This document shows, in pieces, positions 26,175 through 38,307 of a DNA stretch of 60,000 bases (its first letter is position 1; each line of letters begins with the position of its first letter). This DNA comes from Felis catus. Lineage: Eukaryota. Both the position numbers and the translations under genes were made by a program. Below the pieces are notes generated by a model. The model searched no databases, was not told where the DNA came from, and saw only the letters and a list, made by a program, of their open reading frames with translations. Location: assembly GCF_018350175.1 (NCBI RefSeq), contig NC_058383.1, forward strand, positions 10,108,001 to 10,168,000. The letters are read 5' to 3'.

Positions 26175-26637
26175 TCATTTCTTCAAGGCGCCCAGGCTTC
26201 TCAGAGCCTCCTGGGCCTGGGTCAGCTGCTGCTGCAGCCTCTGGCGGGTGCTCTCGTTGGAGGCCCGCTTCAGGAGGCCCTGCATTTCTTCTACCACCGC
26301 CCGATGGCCAGGGGTGTTGTGGAAAAGCCGCACTGCCCGGTCCCCACAGGAGGCCAGAAGCCGGCCAGTGATGTCAAAGGACAAGTCAGTGATACACTCC
26401 CCATGGACCTGCTCAAAGCACTCCTCCTTCTCACCCCGCCGGGTGTTGTAGAGATGAATACTGCTGCCACTGGCCAAGGCCAAGACCTGGGCGTCAGGGG
26501 AGAGAGCCAGGCGGCACGGCATGGTGCTCGCCTCTTCAAAGCAGCCTGTCCTCAGCAAGTAGGGATCCTGCTGCTTCTTGTACTCCACATCTGTGTCCCA
26601 CAGTTTCCACGTCCCGTCCTTGGAGACCGAGGCCATC
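26175..26637 (-). CDS. TBL2: TBL2 last coding exon 7 (MASVSKDGTWKLWDT...LGALKK*); full CDS 1341 nt = 446 aa
   Basis: ctgcag| acceptor, TGA stop at 26175-26177, WD40 repeats and C-terminal coiled coil; exon sum divisible by 3. Confidence 0.97.
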
Positions 26638-26868
26638 CTGCAGCATGGAAAATCACGGCTCGAGCCCCAATGCACCCTGGAGGGGAGGGCACTGGGACAG
26701 CATTAGGGGCTCCAGCTAGGAAGCCAAGTACACGGCTAGGTCTACTTCCTGCTAAGGGCCGGGCACTCTACCCACTTCAGAGCTGCTGCAGAGATAGGCA
26801 AAAAAAAGGCCCTGGTTGCCAACAGGGGCTGGGAGCCGCTGGTAAGACATCAGAGAGGATTCACTCAC

Positions 26869-27021
26869 CTGCGGGAGTCATTGGAGAAAGCGAAGAAGTG
26901 GACGGCGGCCGAGTGACCCTTCAGTTCAAAGGCTCGCACAACCTCCTGGAAGTCCCCTTTTTTCCCAAAGCAGACTTCCCAAACTTTGACATCCGGGGTG
27001 AAGCCACACGAGGCCACAAAC
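26869..27021 (-). CDS. TBL2: TBL2 exon 6 (FVASCGFTPDVKVWEVCFGKKGDFQEVVRAFELKGHSAAVHFFAFSNDSR)
   Basis: gacag| acceptor, AG|gtgagt donor, 153 nt, GH...WD40 motif. Confidence 0.96.
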
Positions 27022-27308
27022 CTGTCACACAACCAGATTCCTTTACAACTTCATCTTGAGGGCATTTCATTTCTGCCAACCTGCTAAACCTCATTCCTGA
27101 GAAAGTTCATCATCTTCTACCTCAATAACACTGTGCTTTTAAGAATATGACCTCGGTCCATCCTCATGGCCAGGCTAGAGGATACATGGTACCCCCACTG
27201 CACGTGATTCCATACGGTCTGCTCCTTCCACTATCTGAAGCGGGCTCTCTGCTCTGCTCCTGGCCATGCCTTCTGCCCATCCCAGATGCCAAGTCCCTCC
27301 CTCCTCAC

Positions 27309-27435
27309 CTGCTACAAGGGGATATAGCAGCATGGGTATTGTTCATCTGGTTAGTGTTGATGGTAGACAGCACATGACCTTTCAGATTCCAGATGAGGAT
27401 AGTTGTGTCACTGGAAGCAGTCATGATGAACTTCC
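27309..27435 (-). CDS. TBL2: TBL2 exon 5 (KFIMTASSDTTILIWNLKG...)
   Basis: ctcag| acceptor, AG|gtgagg donor, 127 nt, WD40 signature. Confidence 0.96.
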
Positions 27436-27775
27436 CTGAGAGGGCAGGAGGGTGACATGAGCCAAGGTCAAGGCCCTGACCACGTGTCATCCTCTACGCA
27501 GACACTGACGAAGGTCTCCGCTGTCCCAAGAATCCATGCTCCCCTCCTGGACCAAGGGTCACCACAGACTAGGATTTTGCTGAACGCTGTGGGTCTTACC
27601 TGCCTCCCCTGGGGACCTGCTGTGGCTCCCAGGACTCCAGGGGAACCCAGAGCCAGAGTCCCTTTGTCAAAACTAGGGCTGAGCATAACTCTCGGGCAGC
27701 ATTAACTCATTCGGCCAATAACTGGGGCTGTTCCCTCTAGTCTTAGGTAAGCTCTGTCCTCTGCAAGCCTCTTAC

Positions 27776-27927
27776 CTGTGTCGGCAATGCCGATGTTGAT
27801 GACGGGTGCCTTGTGCTTTTTGGGAAAGTCCTCTGGGGTGGCCGTGAAGGTATAGCCTCCATCCTCTCGCTTGGTCATCTTGAAGACACGAAGGGTGTCT
27901 CCGTTGGCCAGCCAGACGATGAAGGCT
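27776..27927 (-). CDS. TBL2: TBL2 exon 4 (AFIVWLANGDTLRVFKM...INIGIADT)
   Basis: ctctag| acceptor, G|gtaaga donor, 152 nt. Confidence 0.96.
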
Positions 27928-28400
27928 CTAGAGACAGGTAGCAGACAAGGCACTCACTTGTTTGGACACGGAGGCCTGTGTGTGCCAGTTCCTATGCTAG
28001 GCTCTGAGGAAAATCATAGGCCTTCCTTCGTACCCCAGTCCGGCCCTGCAACTTAACCCCTTGGCTCAAAACCTCTTACTACTCCTCAGAAGGTAGGCCT
28101 CTCCCAGCTTTGGCTCTTTCAGTTTCTCTCTAGGGTTTGGAAAACCATGACAGCTCCCAAGACGAATCTGGAGCCAGGCTTTGGTACTTCCCAAGTAGGA
28201 ACACACCTTCCCCTCTCTGCTTCCTTGCTGTGTAAAATGCACAGACCTCCAGGGAGCCCCGGGCGGTGCTCAAGCTGTCCAGTTCTCTTTCTGCCACCCC
28301 CAGGGAGGCCCGGGGTCCCCCCTCACCATCCCAAGTCAGGTATGGGAAGGACAGAAGCCTGGGCTTCTGCAGGCACAGCTGAGGCTCCATCTTGTCGCAC

Positions 28401-28585
28401 CTGCAGTCAGGGCTGAAGCGCACCAGGGTGGCGTGGTCCAGCTCCACGTTGGCTCTCATGCTGCGGTGCTCCCGCTGCAGGAAGTCCTTGGTGCTCCAGA
28501 TGCGGACGGTGCGATCATCTGCACAGGTGGCCAGGTACTTGCCATTGCTGCTAAAGTCCATGCAAGATATGTTCCCACTGTGGCT
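28401..28585 (-). CDS. TBL2: TBL2 exon 3 (WD40: SHSGNISCMDFSSNGKYLATCADDRTVRIWS...)
   Basis: cttag| acceptor, AG|gtgcga donor, 185 nt, WD40 signature. Confidence 0.96.
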
Positions 28586-28820
28586 CTAAGGGAAGGGTTG
28601 CAGGAAGTATGAACAGGGACCCCTTGGGTAGACGGAGTCTGTTGCCTGGATTAACAGCAAGCTGCTGATAGGGTATGATGAGAGGGGACAGGATGGGGCA
28701 GCCCCCACTGATTTTGGTCAGCGGCAGCAGGGTCTGTCGTGTGCACAGAACACTAAAAAGGAGAAGTCTGTGGGGGTGTGAGTCTTTGTATATGTGTGCT
28801 GAGCATGGGTACCCATGTAC

Positions 28821-28951
28821 CTTCAGTGCTGCAGCCAGGAGGCGGTGAGTAAAGTTGTGTTGTTGTGGCTTCTCCTTGCGAACTCGCTGATGCTGTTTCT
28901 GCTTCTTGGATCTCAAGGACTTGTCAAGTGGAAGTCCATTTGCCTTCTGGC
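28821..28951 (-). CDS. TBL2: TBL2 exon 2 (QKANGLPLDK...KEKPQQHNFTHRLLAAALK)
   Basis: cacag| acceptor, AAG|gtacat donor, 131 nt, in phase. Confidence 0.95.
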
Positions 28952-29544
28952 CTGTGAGGAAGGGCCGTGTCATCTAGCCATCCGCTCACTAAGCATTCCT
29001 GGCCGCCTATAATTGGCCAGGAATCGAGGGAGCATCAAGAGATGACCAGGCAGGCCCCGGGCTCGAGGAGAGAGAGTGATGGGAGTAAAAACAGGGCTTT
29101 GGAATCAGACTGGGTTTGGATTGTAGCTCTACCACGAGGGCTCTTGAGGAGACTGCTTGCTGTCCGGCCACATAGCACCTCAATGCAAGTTAGAAAAGGA
29201 GCCCTCTCTGCAAGAACAGCTCAGTGGGTACACAGCACAGCCAACAAAGGGCAGATCCTTGGCCACACATCCCTAGGTAGGAAATAATGTGCACAACCAA
29301 ACCTGGTGGTCCTGGGCTTGGGCAAGTTATTTAATTGCTCTGGGCTTGGGTTTCCTTAAAGAGAAGTTGTGAGAAGTGGACAATATATACAAAGAAGAGA
29401 AGCAGAGTACCCAAGACGAGTATTAAAGGCTCAGAGGACTCCCAGAAGGAACTCAAGGATGAGAGGTAGTCAGTACCTGTTGAGGGAGTACCTGTCCTGT
29501 GCCAGAAATGGTGCCAGTCACTTTTGTATAAAATAGCTAATTTA

Positions 29545-29750
29545 GGGGCAGCTGGGTGGCTCAGTCGGTTGAGCACTCAACTCTTGAGATGAGCTCAGGG
29601 CATATGATCTTGCGGTTTGTGAGTTCGAGCCCCGCAGAGGCCCGGCGTCTGGGTCCGAGACGGCAGTGGGGAGCCTGCTTAGGATTCTCTCTCTCTGCTC
29701 TTCCCCTGCTGGAGCGCTCTCTCTCTCAAAATAAACTTAAAAAAAAAAAA
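29545..29750 (+). mobile_element. Can-SINE in TBL2 intron 1 with TSD AAAATAGCTAAT
   Basis: TSD at 29530-29541 and 29748-29759. Confidence 0.9.
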
Positions 29751-30666
29751 ATAGCTAATCTAATTGAGAATCAGATCAGTTGCAAAGTGGGCATGTGTTA
29801 GATTACTGCAGATGCTCCTTAATTCGTACAGAAAAAAAAAACTCCCGAGGCTCCTATACAGAGACCACCACGACCCGCCCTCTCCAGCCTTGTCCCGCAA
29901 GCGTCCTGCTCCCCCCTGAAGGGCATACCAAATGCCGTTTCAGAACTCCTTGCCTTCATGCATGTAACCTTTGCCAGCAGTATTCTTCCTCCCTCCTTGG
30001 CCAAACTCTGACCGTGTATCCTTCAAGACCCCACACCACGTGTTTCCTACTCTCAGCGAAGATTTTCTTGACCCCTCCCCACCGAAAAAGCAGGGCTGAC
30101 CACTCCCACCCTTGGGTTTCCTGGTGCTAGGACTGACCTCTTCTGTGACACCTATTACAGTGTATTTTTCACTTACATTTTCGGATGTTCTTCTCCCTTA
30201 CGCGGCAGTGTACTTCCTAAGGGAAAAGTCCCGACACCTACTGCGATAGTATGTATATACTTCAATAAACGTTGCTCATGTCGGAGAATGAGTCGGAGTA
30301 CTTACAAATGGTGCCCGTCTACCCTCACCCCTCCCTATTTTCCTAAAATAACGAACAAGCAGCGCGCTCGAGAGAGTTTACAGGGGCTCTCGCGGCAACC
30401 CCGGGGAGACGCTGGGGCTCAGCGGGACAGCGCCTCGTCCTCGGCCACCGAGAAAGTGGCAGCGCCGGACCCACGCTGTAACTAACCCTCCCGAAGAGGC
30501 GCGACCAGCCCGGCGAGCCGGCACCTCGTCTCGAGAAGCGAAACTCATTTAACAAAAGGAGAAACTGAGGCCCACGGGGTCCCCCCCCCAAACCGCAGGT
30601 CGGACCGGTGGGAGGCCAGGAACATGGTCCTCGTGGGTCGCCCCCACCCTCCCCTGCCCCACTAAC

Positions 30667-30796
30667 CGGCGGTTCGGCTGCTCGTCTCCTCCTCCGCGCG
30701 CAGCCACCCCCGCGCTACCGCCGCCGTCGCCATCAAGGCCAGCAGTCCGAGCAACAGCGACAGGCCCATCAGCTCCGGCAACTGCGGCAGCTCCAT
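30667..30796 (-). CDS. TBL2: TBL2 coding exon 1 (N-terminal hydrophobic ER anchor MELPQLPELMGLSLLLGLLALMATAAVARGWLRA)
   Basis: ATG at 30796, hydrophobic segment, donor G|gttagt, 130 nt. Confidence 0.94.
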
Positions 30797-30873
30797 GACT
30801 GCACTGCCGCTGCCACCTCAGCCTCTAACTACGCGGGCGCCTGCACGCCTCCGCGGGACCGCGCACGCACACA

Positions 30874-31200
30874 GGACGGGGCCGGGTCTTTGGCGCGTCC
30901 CGAGGGGCGGGGTCTGGCCGTTGGGCATCTTGCGGGGCGGGGCTTGACCTTCAGAGCGTCCAAAAGGGCGGGACCTGGCTTACGGAGTGTCTCGCGGGCG
31001 GGGCTTGACCGTTGGTGCGACTCGCGGGGCGGGGCTGGACCGTTGGCGCGTCCAGAGGGGCGGGGCCTGGCTGCCGTTGCGTCTCGCGGGCGGGGCTTAA
31101 CCGTTGGTACGTCTCGCGGGGCGGGGCCTGACTGTTGGGGCGACCCGCAGTGCAGGGCCCACCCATGGATCGTGCCGAGGGGCGGGGCCTGGCCCTTGTG
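30874..31200. repeat. Degenerate ~30-31-bp GC-box minisatellite (about 11 units) in the TBL2 promoter
   Basis: GGGCGG at 30905, 30935, 30966, 30996, 31027, 31058, 31088, 31119, (31150 degenerate), 31180; consensus ~GGGCGGGGCYTGRCCGTTGGYGCGTCTCGCG. Confidence 0.9.
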
Positions 31201-32496
31201 GGGTCTGGTTTTTGAGGTTGTGCTGTCCCCCAAGCTGGGGGGCGAATTCTGCAGGCTCTGCTGAGTCCTCTCCTTGAGTAATTTACTGATAATTGTTTAT
31301 TAAAGGCGTTATTCCAGCCATCCCCACAGCGGATCCTTTCAAGGAGCCAAGGCAGGAATTATTACTCCCATTTAACAGGTCTTAACATCAGAGGAAATTT
31401 AGATGGGCTTTTGGTATTAATGGAGGAGAGAAAGGGTAGCCCTAGAATTGAAGCATGGAATAATAGCCTCAGCAAAGACCCGGGAGGGGGTGCTCTGGGA
31501 AGGCAAGGGCATGAGCAAAAAAAGTAAGTGGTAGATAAGAATGGAAAGATCTGGAGAGCCTTGAGAGCCAGCTGAATCCAACCAGCAGAAAGGAGCCTCT
31601 GCTGGTTATTTCAGGGCGAGTTAGGGCAAAACTGGTGTCTCTGGAAATTCTCTGGGAAGATCAGTTGTGTGCCAAAACCAAAGACAGAAGGAAAATCAGG
31701 AGGTGTTTGCAAGGATCCAAGAAGGAGATAATAAGGGCCTGGACTTAGGTGGGCTGGGAAGTGGAAAGGAACTTGAAAAGATTTTTAACAAGATATTTGT
31801 GTTTTGAGATTATAGATTCACAAGGAGTTGGAAAAAACGGAACAGGAAGTTTCCACGAACGTTCACCCAGTTTCCCCCAATGGTAACATCTTACATAACT
31901 ATAGTGTGATATCAAAACCAGGAAATTGGCCTGGATACAATCTACAGAGTTCATTCAGCTCTAACCGAAAAGGAGATATTCTGAAAGACTAATTGATAGT
32001 ATTTTAATTAGACCTGCTTGGACAGAAAGGAAATGTTCCCAGAACAGGGAGCAGTGCTCCATGGGTCTCCCAGCCCTACAACCCAGAGTAAGTACCAGGG
32101 TCAGGGATTCCAGATGCAAAGTTTCCATGCCCAACAGGGAACCTCTCCTGAAGTGCAGGCTCTCAGGCCTTTAGAAGGACCCTCTAAGGAGAGAGGATGC
32201 TGCAGAGACTAGAGGACAGACAGATACACCCATAGCCTCGGTTGAGGACATAGATCCAGTCAGAGAGCAAACAGAGGGTGGCCTCATTTCCTTCCCTTTT
32301 GTCCTTGGAGGTGTGTGTGTGTGTGGGGGGGGGATTGGCATGGACTCAGCTGTGGGCAGTGGTGGAAGCAGGGGGAGGGGAGGGGTCCAGAACATCCTGG
32401 GGCTTTTCCTCTTTAATTTGCTACTGAGAACTGTAGCACCAGCCATGAACCACTTTCTCCATCACCTAGAGACAAAGCTGTACTTTTTTTTCCTTT

Positions 32497-32835
32497 AGGT
32501 TATTTACTTTTTTATTTAAGCAGTCTCTACACCCAACATGGGGCTCAAACTCATGACCCCCGAGATCAAGAATTGCATGCTCCACTGACTTAGCCAGCCA
32601 GGTGCTCCGACAAAGCTGTACTTTTAGGAGAACGTCCTTTACTCACCTGGGTGGCTTAGAACTTCGGCTCGGGTCATGACCTCATGGTTCGTGAGTTCAA
32701 ACCCCACATCGGGCTGGCTGCTGTCCACGTGGACCCTGCTTTGGATCCTCTGACCCCTCTCTGCCCCTCTCTGCTTGTGTGTGCTCTCTTTCTCTCTTTC
32801 TGTCCCTCAAAATTAGTAAACATTTTTTAAAAAAG
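32497..32835. mobile_element. Head-to-head Can-SINE pair (minus approx. 32497-32608 with TSD GACAAAGCTGTACTTTT; plus approx. 32645-32835)
   Basis: Two oppositely oriented SINE bodies. Confidence 0.85.
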
Positions 32836-35051
32836 TTCCTTCACCAAGCATTTTGCATGTGACATTGATTGATCCGGGAGCTTTGCATTTCATTTAATCT
32901 CACATTCCCATCCCACAGATTAGGAAACTGATGCTCTAGGAGGTGCTCATTAGGTGACTTTCCAGGGATCACACAGGGGAAGAGTGACATGGGAACCCAT
33001 GTAGATCTGTGACTCCAATCTGTTGATGTGGGGGAAAAGGAGAAGAAAGAGTAGGATTCTGTGTACAGCTCGGTCAAGGCTACAAGATTCTTTCACATCA
33101 AGAATTTGGTTGATTTTTATAGTGGCCTTTAAGGCAAGTGATGCTATGAAATTAAGCAAATGGAAAGAAAAAAAACAACTAGGCTCAGATCAAGTGATTT
33201 ACCCAAGGTCAACAAGGAAGCAAGAGAAAGCACTCATTGGGGTGGGTAGTAAACTGAGATGGGCTACACACGTACTCCTCCCACCTTGCCACTGGCCTCG
33301 CCACTCGCCACGCCACTCGCCACTCGGTGGGTGGTGATCTGGCCTGGCTCTTACCTCTGGTGTCACAGGGCTCAGCTGGAAGCCAAAGTCAACTTGTGGA
33401 AGGACAATCAATGACACAAAGCAGGATTTGGGAAGGCTGGGCAGGTCAGGGAGGGAGCTGTACCGATGAGTTTGGAGGGGCAGTGAGACTTGGCTGTACC
33501 TTTGGCGGGGTGGGCATTCAGACAGGGGAGGTGGAAGGGAGTGGCTCTGGCAGCCCATCTGGGTGAGTGTTGCTGACGGCACCAGAGGAATGTGAAGGGA
33601 GGGAGGCTGTGGAGAGAAATGAGGCCAGAGAGGTAGCAAGGCCTGTTCACAAAGCACCTTGACCATGGGCCCAGAAACCATAGTGGAAACACAACTTCAC
33701 AATCTGCAACTGAAGACCCACCTTGTATTGATTGGAGGCCTTCCTACCTGGCCTCTGTGTTAGGCAAAACAATACATTTCTTCCTTTGTTTAAGTAGCGG
33801 TTCTTGGAGTATGGACCCTGGACCAGCACCATTAGACATGCAGATTCTTAGACCCCATCCCAGACCTGCAGACTCAGAAACTCTGAACCACCCATTTAAC
33901 TAACTTGAGTTCCAGGCATATGTTATTTGCAGCTCGAAGCCTCGATTACAGTGGTTCTCACATATTGGAATCACCTTAAAAAAAATGCTAGTGTCTAAAC
34001 TTCCACCCTGAGGGCTTCTGATTGAATTGGTCTGGACTAGACCCGGCTGTGAAGATTTTTTAAAGCCCTTCCAAGCTATTCAAATGCACGCTTAAGCTCG
34101 AGAAGTAGCTCCCAGGGATCCAGCAGGCCAGTACAAGACTGTGTAGGAGGGGATGCTCTGTTGGACGAGGGTGGCGGCTGTGGGGATGGAGGTCAACTGG
34201 CCAGCCCTTGGTAACGGATGGCTGTTTTCAGCTTGGACAAATGTCTGGGTGGTGGCACCCTTCCTGGGGATGGGGAACACGAAGAGGACCATGTTTGAGA
34301 TGGAAGACTGTGGGCTGCAGTCTCAGAAATGATGAGTTCTGTTCCTTGAAGCTAAAGGGAGCTGTGAAACATACAGAGGGAGGGGCCAGGGTGGCAGTTG
34401 GATATGTGCTTGAGTAGCTCCCGGGGCAGAGCAGGACAGATGCAGAATAGTGGGCCCTCGGCAGAGAGGGCAAAGGGAATGGTATTACCTAACGCTTGCC
34501 ACCAAGTGACAAGTGAGCCAGGAAGGGACTGGCCAGGAGGAAAAGCCTCCCACAGCAGGCACTGGGAAGGCACTGTCAGGCAGGTGGGAGAGCCTGGAGA
34601 GAATTCAAGAGTCACAGGGAAAAAGGGGTTCAAGAATGAGGTCCAGGGGCCCAGGGGCGGTGGGGGAGTATTGAGGGAAAAAGAGCACTGCAAAGTGGTT
34701 GTTGGATTTGGCAACAAGGGAGTCATGTGACCTCAGTGAGAGTGAGTCAGGGCAGGGGTGAGGCTGGGGTGGAAGCTGGCGGAAGGAGACCAAAGACAGG
34801 GGGTGAGTGGGAGGGGAGGAGAGAGGGAGAGCAAGTGTAGATAACTTTCTCAAAGGAAAGTGACATCTATTGGGGGGACACAGGGTCAGAAGGAAGTCTT
34901 ACAGGGACCTTCCTGGAAGGGTGTGAGCGGTGAAAACAGAGCACACTGCTAGGATTTTACCTCTCAGCCACTTCAAACCTTTGTCTGTGGCAACAAATAG
35001 CACTCAATGCCTGGGTGCACCTGGTACCTGCACAGTAAAGAGAGGTGACTA

Positions 35052-35432
35052 GGGGCGCCTGGGTGGCTGAGTCGGACTGAGTGTCAGACTTTGGCTCAGG
35101 TCATGGTCTCACGGTTTGTGGGTTTGATCCCTGCATCGGGCTCTCTGCTGTCAGTGCGGGGCCTGCTTTGAATCCTCTGTCCCCATCTCTTTCTCAAAAA
35201 TAAACACTAAAAGATAATTAGGGGCGCCTAGGTGGCTCAGTCAGTGAAGCATCTGACTTCCGCTCTGGTCATGATTTTGCGGTCCGTGGGTTCAAGCCCC
35301 GTGTCAGGCTCTGTGCTGAGAGCTCAGAGCCTGGAGCCTGCTTCAGAATCTGTGTCTCCCTGTCTCTCTGCCCCTCCCCAACTCACACTCTGTCTCTCTC
35401 TGTCTCTCAAAAATGAATAAATGTTAAAAAAA
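35052..35432 (+). mobile_element. Tandem pair of Can-SINEs (approx. 35052-35210 and 35221-35432)
   Basis: Two ggggcgcct heads in series. Confidence 0.9.
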
Positions 35433-36527
35433 TTTTTTTTTTAAAGAGAGATGGCTAAAAGCAGAGACTAGGGTCAGACGGTGTGAGTGGGCATCTCACT
35501 AACTATATGATGTCGGGCTAGTTAACCTCTCTGTGCCTCAATTTTTCATCTGTAAAATGGGGGTGCTAATAGTAACTATTATGATAACTCTTACGTAGTG
35601 TTACATATGCCAGTCACTGCTGTAAGTGCTTTGTATATATTGACTTTGAGATCCTCACAGCTGGCCCATAGAGGTAGGTGTTAATATGTAATAAGTGAGT
35701 TAATATATATAAAATGCTTAAAATAGTTGGCACGTAGTAAATGCTAGAGGAGTGTGCAGTTAGTATTGTCGTCGCTATTATGATTCCACATAAATGAGGG
35801 AAAGTCAAAGGCCACAGAAGACCGTTTGCTGTTTATATCCTGCAAGCATCTGCAGAAGTTGAGATGTGAGAAGATTCAGACTCCTCCGCCTTGAATCAGC
35901 TTCATGAGGAGAGGGATCCAGTGGTGAACAGAATCCCAGCACCAAGACCATCATCTAGGCCACAGTGGGCCCTCAGAAAGGATCTGTTAAATGGCTCCAT
36001 AGAAGAATCAATGAAATATGGGGACCATTCACCCCAACTCCCCATTTAAAGTATCAGTTCCTTCTAAGACACCCCAACCAAGTGTGTGTCTGCCCTCTAC
36101 TTGCACATCACTACCCCCAGGGGCAACACATTCTCCTTCTGGATGGCTCCCTGTGATTTCCACTCATGGGCTCGGCTCTGCCCTCTTCCAACTTGGAAGG
36201 TGGTAAGCCTTTCTGAACTTTCTCCTGGCCATGGAGCGAGGATTTCCAGGATGAGTGTCTGTCAGCTCTGACCTGGATGACAGCAACAGCCTAAAACTGG
36301 CCTCCTTGCTCCTGCCCTTGCCCCATGGTGGCCTCTTCCTGACTCCGCACCCAGAGAGATCCTGTGAAGGCCTTATACCTGATCTTGTCAAACCTCTACT
36401 CCAAACCCTCCGGTGGCTTCCAGCTCAGAGGAAAAGCTAAGGTCCTTTGAAGGCCACCTCCCGTTGCCAATTGGCTCTGTCTATCCGTCCCAGTGAGACA
36501 CACTGACAGTCCCCAACAGTTTTTGTT

Positions 36528-36533
36528 TTTATT
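36528..36533 (-). terminator. MLXIPL polyadenylation signal AATAAA
   Basis: tttatt on + strand about 640 nt past the stop, followed on the minus strand by a GT-containing downstream tract. Confidence 0.8.
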
Positions 36534-37175
36534 GGTTGAAAATTCTTTACAAAATCCACACACACGCATCCACACGCACACAAGATGCCTGCCCTGGTCT
36601 GGCCACCTCCTGCCCTGCTCTCTCCTGGGATCAGACCTTCCTGGCCTCACCCAGGTTTGCCATCCTGCAGCACCCTACCCCCCACTGGGCTACCAGCGGA
36701 GGAGCAGAGAATGGGAAGCTCCTTTTCTGTCTCTCTGATCAGAAACAGAGGCCTGTGCCCTATTTCGGGGGGGGGGGGTACAGGGAGGGATGGCGGGGAA
36801 ACAGGATCATCCCTCTTCCTCCTACAAGCTCCCTGAGTTGTCAGCTTAGGCCCCAAGTATCACAGTTGCTAAGGCCTTGGGATCATCTTCTGGTTGAAGC
36901 TTCTCCATCCCCATTTTTCAGACTGGAAAGTGAAGGTCCCAAGAGAGAGTATGAATCCTCCAGGTCACGGTGTTAGTCTCTGGTGGGGCAGGGAATGGAA
37001 CGCCGTTCTTCCTGGCTTCCAGGAGGTGGAAGAGATTTGGGCCCTGCTAGACCCTCAGGAAAGGGGACAGCCAGGGCAAGGGTCAGGAGGGGAGTGCCCA
37101 GAAGTTGTCCCTGGAGCCCAGGCCCAAGGAAAGCAGCCCCTGGGCAGCTGAGTAAGTGGCAGTGTCTGGCCAGCA

Positions 37176-37294
37176 CTATAAAGGTTTGCCAAGGGTGCCC
37201 TCTGTGACTGCCCGTGTGGCTTGCTCAGGTATACAGCCTGGATCTGTGAGGATACTGGTAGATGTGCTCAGCTGGCGGAGAGAGTTCAAGACAG
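37176..37294 (-). CDS. MLXIPL: MLXIPL last coding exon 17 (VLNSLRQLSTSTSILTDPGCIPEQATRAVTEGTLGKPL*); full CDS 2571 nt = 856 aa
   Basis: (CT)n-rich tract then ccccag| acceptor, TAG stop; exon sum divisible by 3. Confidence 0.96.
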
Positions 37295-37603
37295 CTGGGG
37301 AAAGAGAGTGAGAGAGTGAGAGAGAGAGAGAGAGAAAGGGAAAGATACCTCCTGGGTCAGGCCCTCCCCTTGGATGTTGAGGACAAAGGGATAGCGGGGA
37401 GATACTAGGTGGCAAGACTGTCAGCCCCTCGTAGGACCTCTGTCTGCAGGTGTCCTGGTAGCCAGTGGACTATCCAGGGTACATAGTGGGATGGCCCAAA
37501 CTCTAGGCTATTTTGAAGTCGGGCTGGACCTACAGTCTGAGCAGGTGGAACCCTCTGCCCGGAGGCCTGGACATTCTGGTGGGCAGGCAGGTGGCTCACG
37601 TAC

Positions 37604-37733
37604 TTGGCCGGAGAGCAGGCAGGGAGCAGTACTGGTCCAGCCAAGCCAGTGAGGTCTGACGGAGGCTCTGCAAGCTTGCTGTGGACACCATCCCATTGAA
37701 GGACTCGAACAGAGGCCGAATGAGGATGCTGAA
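37604..37733 (-). CDS. MLXIPL: MLXIPL exon 16 (FSILIRPLFESFNGMVST...WLDQYCSLPALRP)
   Basis: cccag| acceptor, A|gtacgt donor, 130 nt. Confidence 0.96.
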
Positions 37734-38307
37734 CTGGGCCCAGGTCAAGGATCAGGCCTGTTGTCCACCTAGTACCCTCACCCAGCTCACGTGTAGCTCT
37801 GACATCTGGGCCAAACAAGGGGAAGGGCCCGGCCACTGTGGCACCTTGAACCTCGAGGCCTCCCCCTATAGCTACCATCCAATTCTGCTCGGCTCCTCTA
37901 TGCCCTTCCTCTAGCTGGACTATCCCCCCTCCCTGGGCTTCCTGCCCAGGCTCAGCCAAGAACTTAACCAGCTAAGGGAGTGAGAGATTCCATGTCTTCT
38001 TTAGGACCGACCCCACTCACATCACCCAGACTTCAGGCTCTTCCGAACTGCCCTCGGAACATTCTGTGGGCGGGGCTGTGTTCCCCTCACCCAGGGGCTC
38101 CTCCCTCGGTTGCCCTCTGCTCCCAGCTAATCACTGGACACTCCTGCTGGCCAAGATGCCAAGGGCCTGGAAAGAGGGAGCGGAACCGGGGCCCCTTCCC
38201 CTGGGAGCAGCTCTGGGACCCTGCCTGGCCTGTGGCGCTGAGCCTGCAGTCAGACACAGCTTGGTCCGGCTGCGGCGCTCACCCTACCGCTGGCCAAGTA
38301 AGGATAC
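37734..38307 (-). other. U12-type (minor spliceosome) GT-AG intron 15 of MLXIPL
   Basis: 5' splice site GTATCCTT; branch site TCCTTGAC at 37744-37751 with branch A about 12 nt from the 3' end; no polypyrimidine tract. Confidence 0.93.

Larger units (their letters stand above)
30280..31210. promoter_or_regulatory. TBL2 CpG-island promoter
   Basis: CpG-dense region around TBL2 exon 1 with nine GGGCGG boxes upstream of the ATG. Confidence 0.9.

Noticed and set aside
26304..27059. 251-aa plus-strand ORF
   Set aside because: Antisense shadow of TBL2 exons 6-7 running through an intron
30874..31200. CRISPR-like array interpretation of the regularly spaced repeats
   Set aside because: Mammalian locus, the intervening sequences are homologous to each other (tandem units rather than unique spacers), and no cas genes
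30608..31264. 218-aa plus-strand ORF with internal repeats
   Set aside because: Translation of the GC-box minisatellite and antisense of TBL2 exon 1
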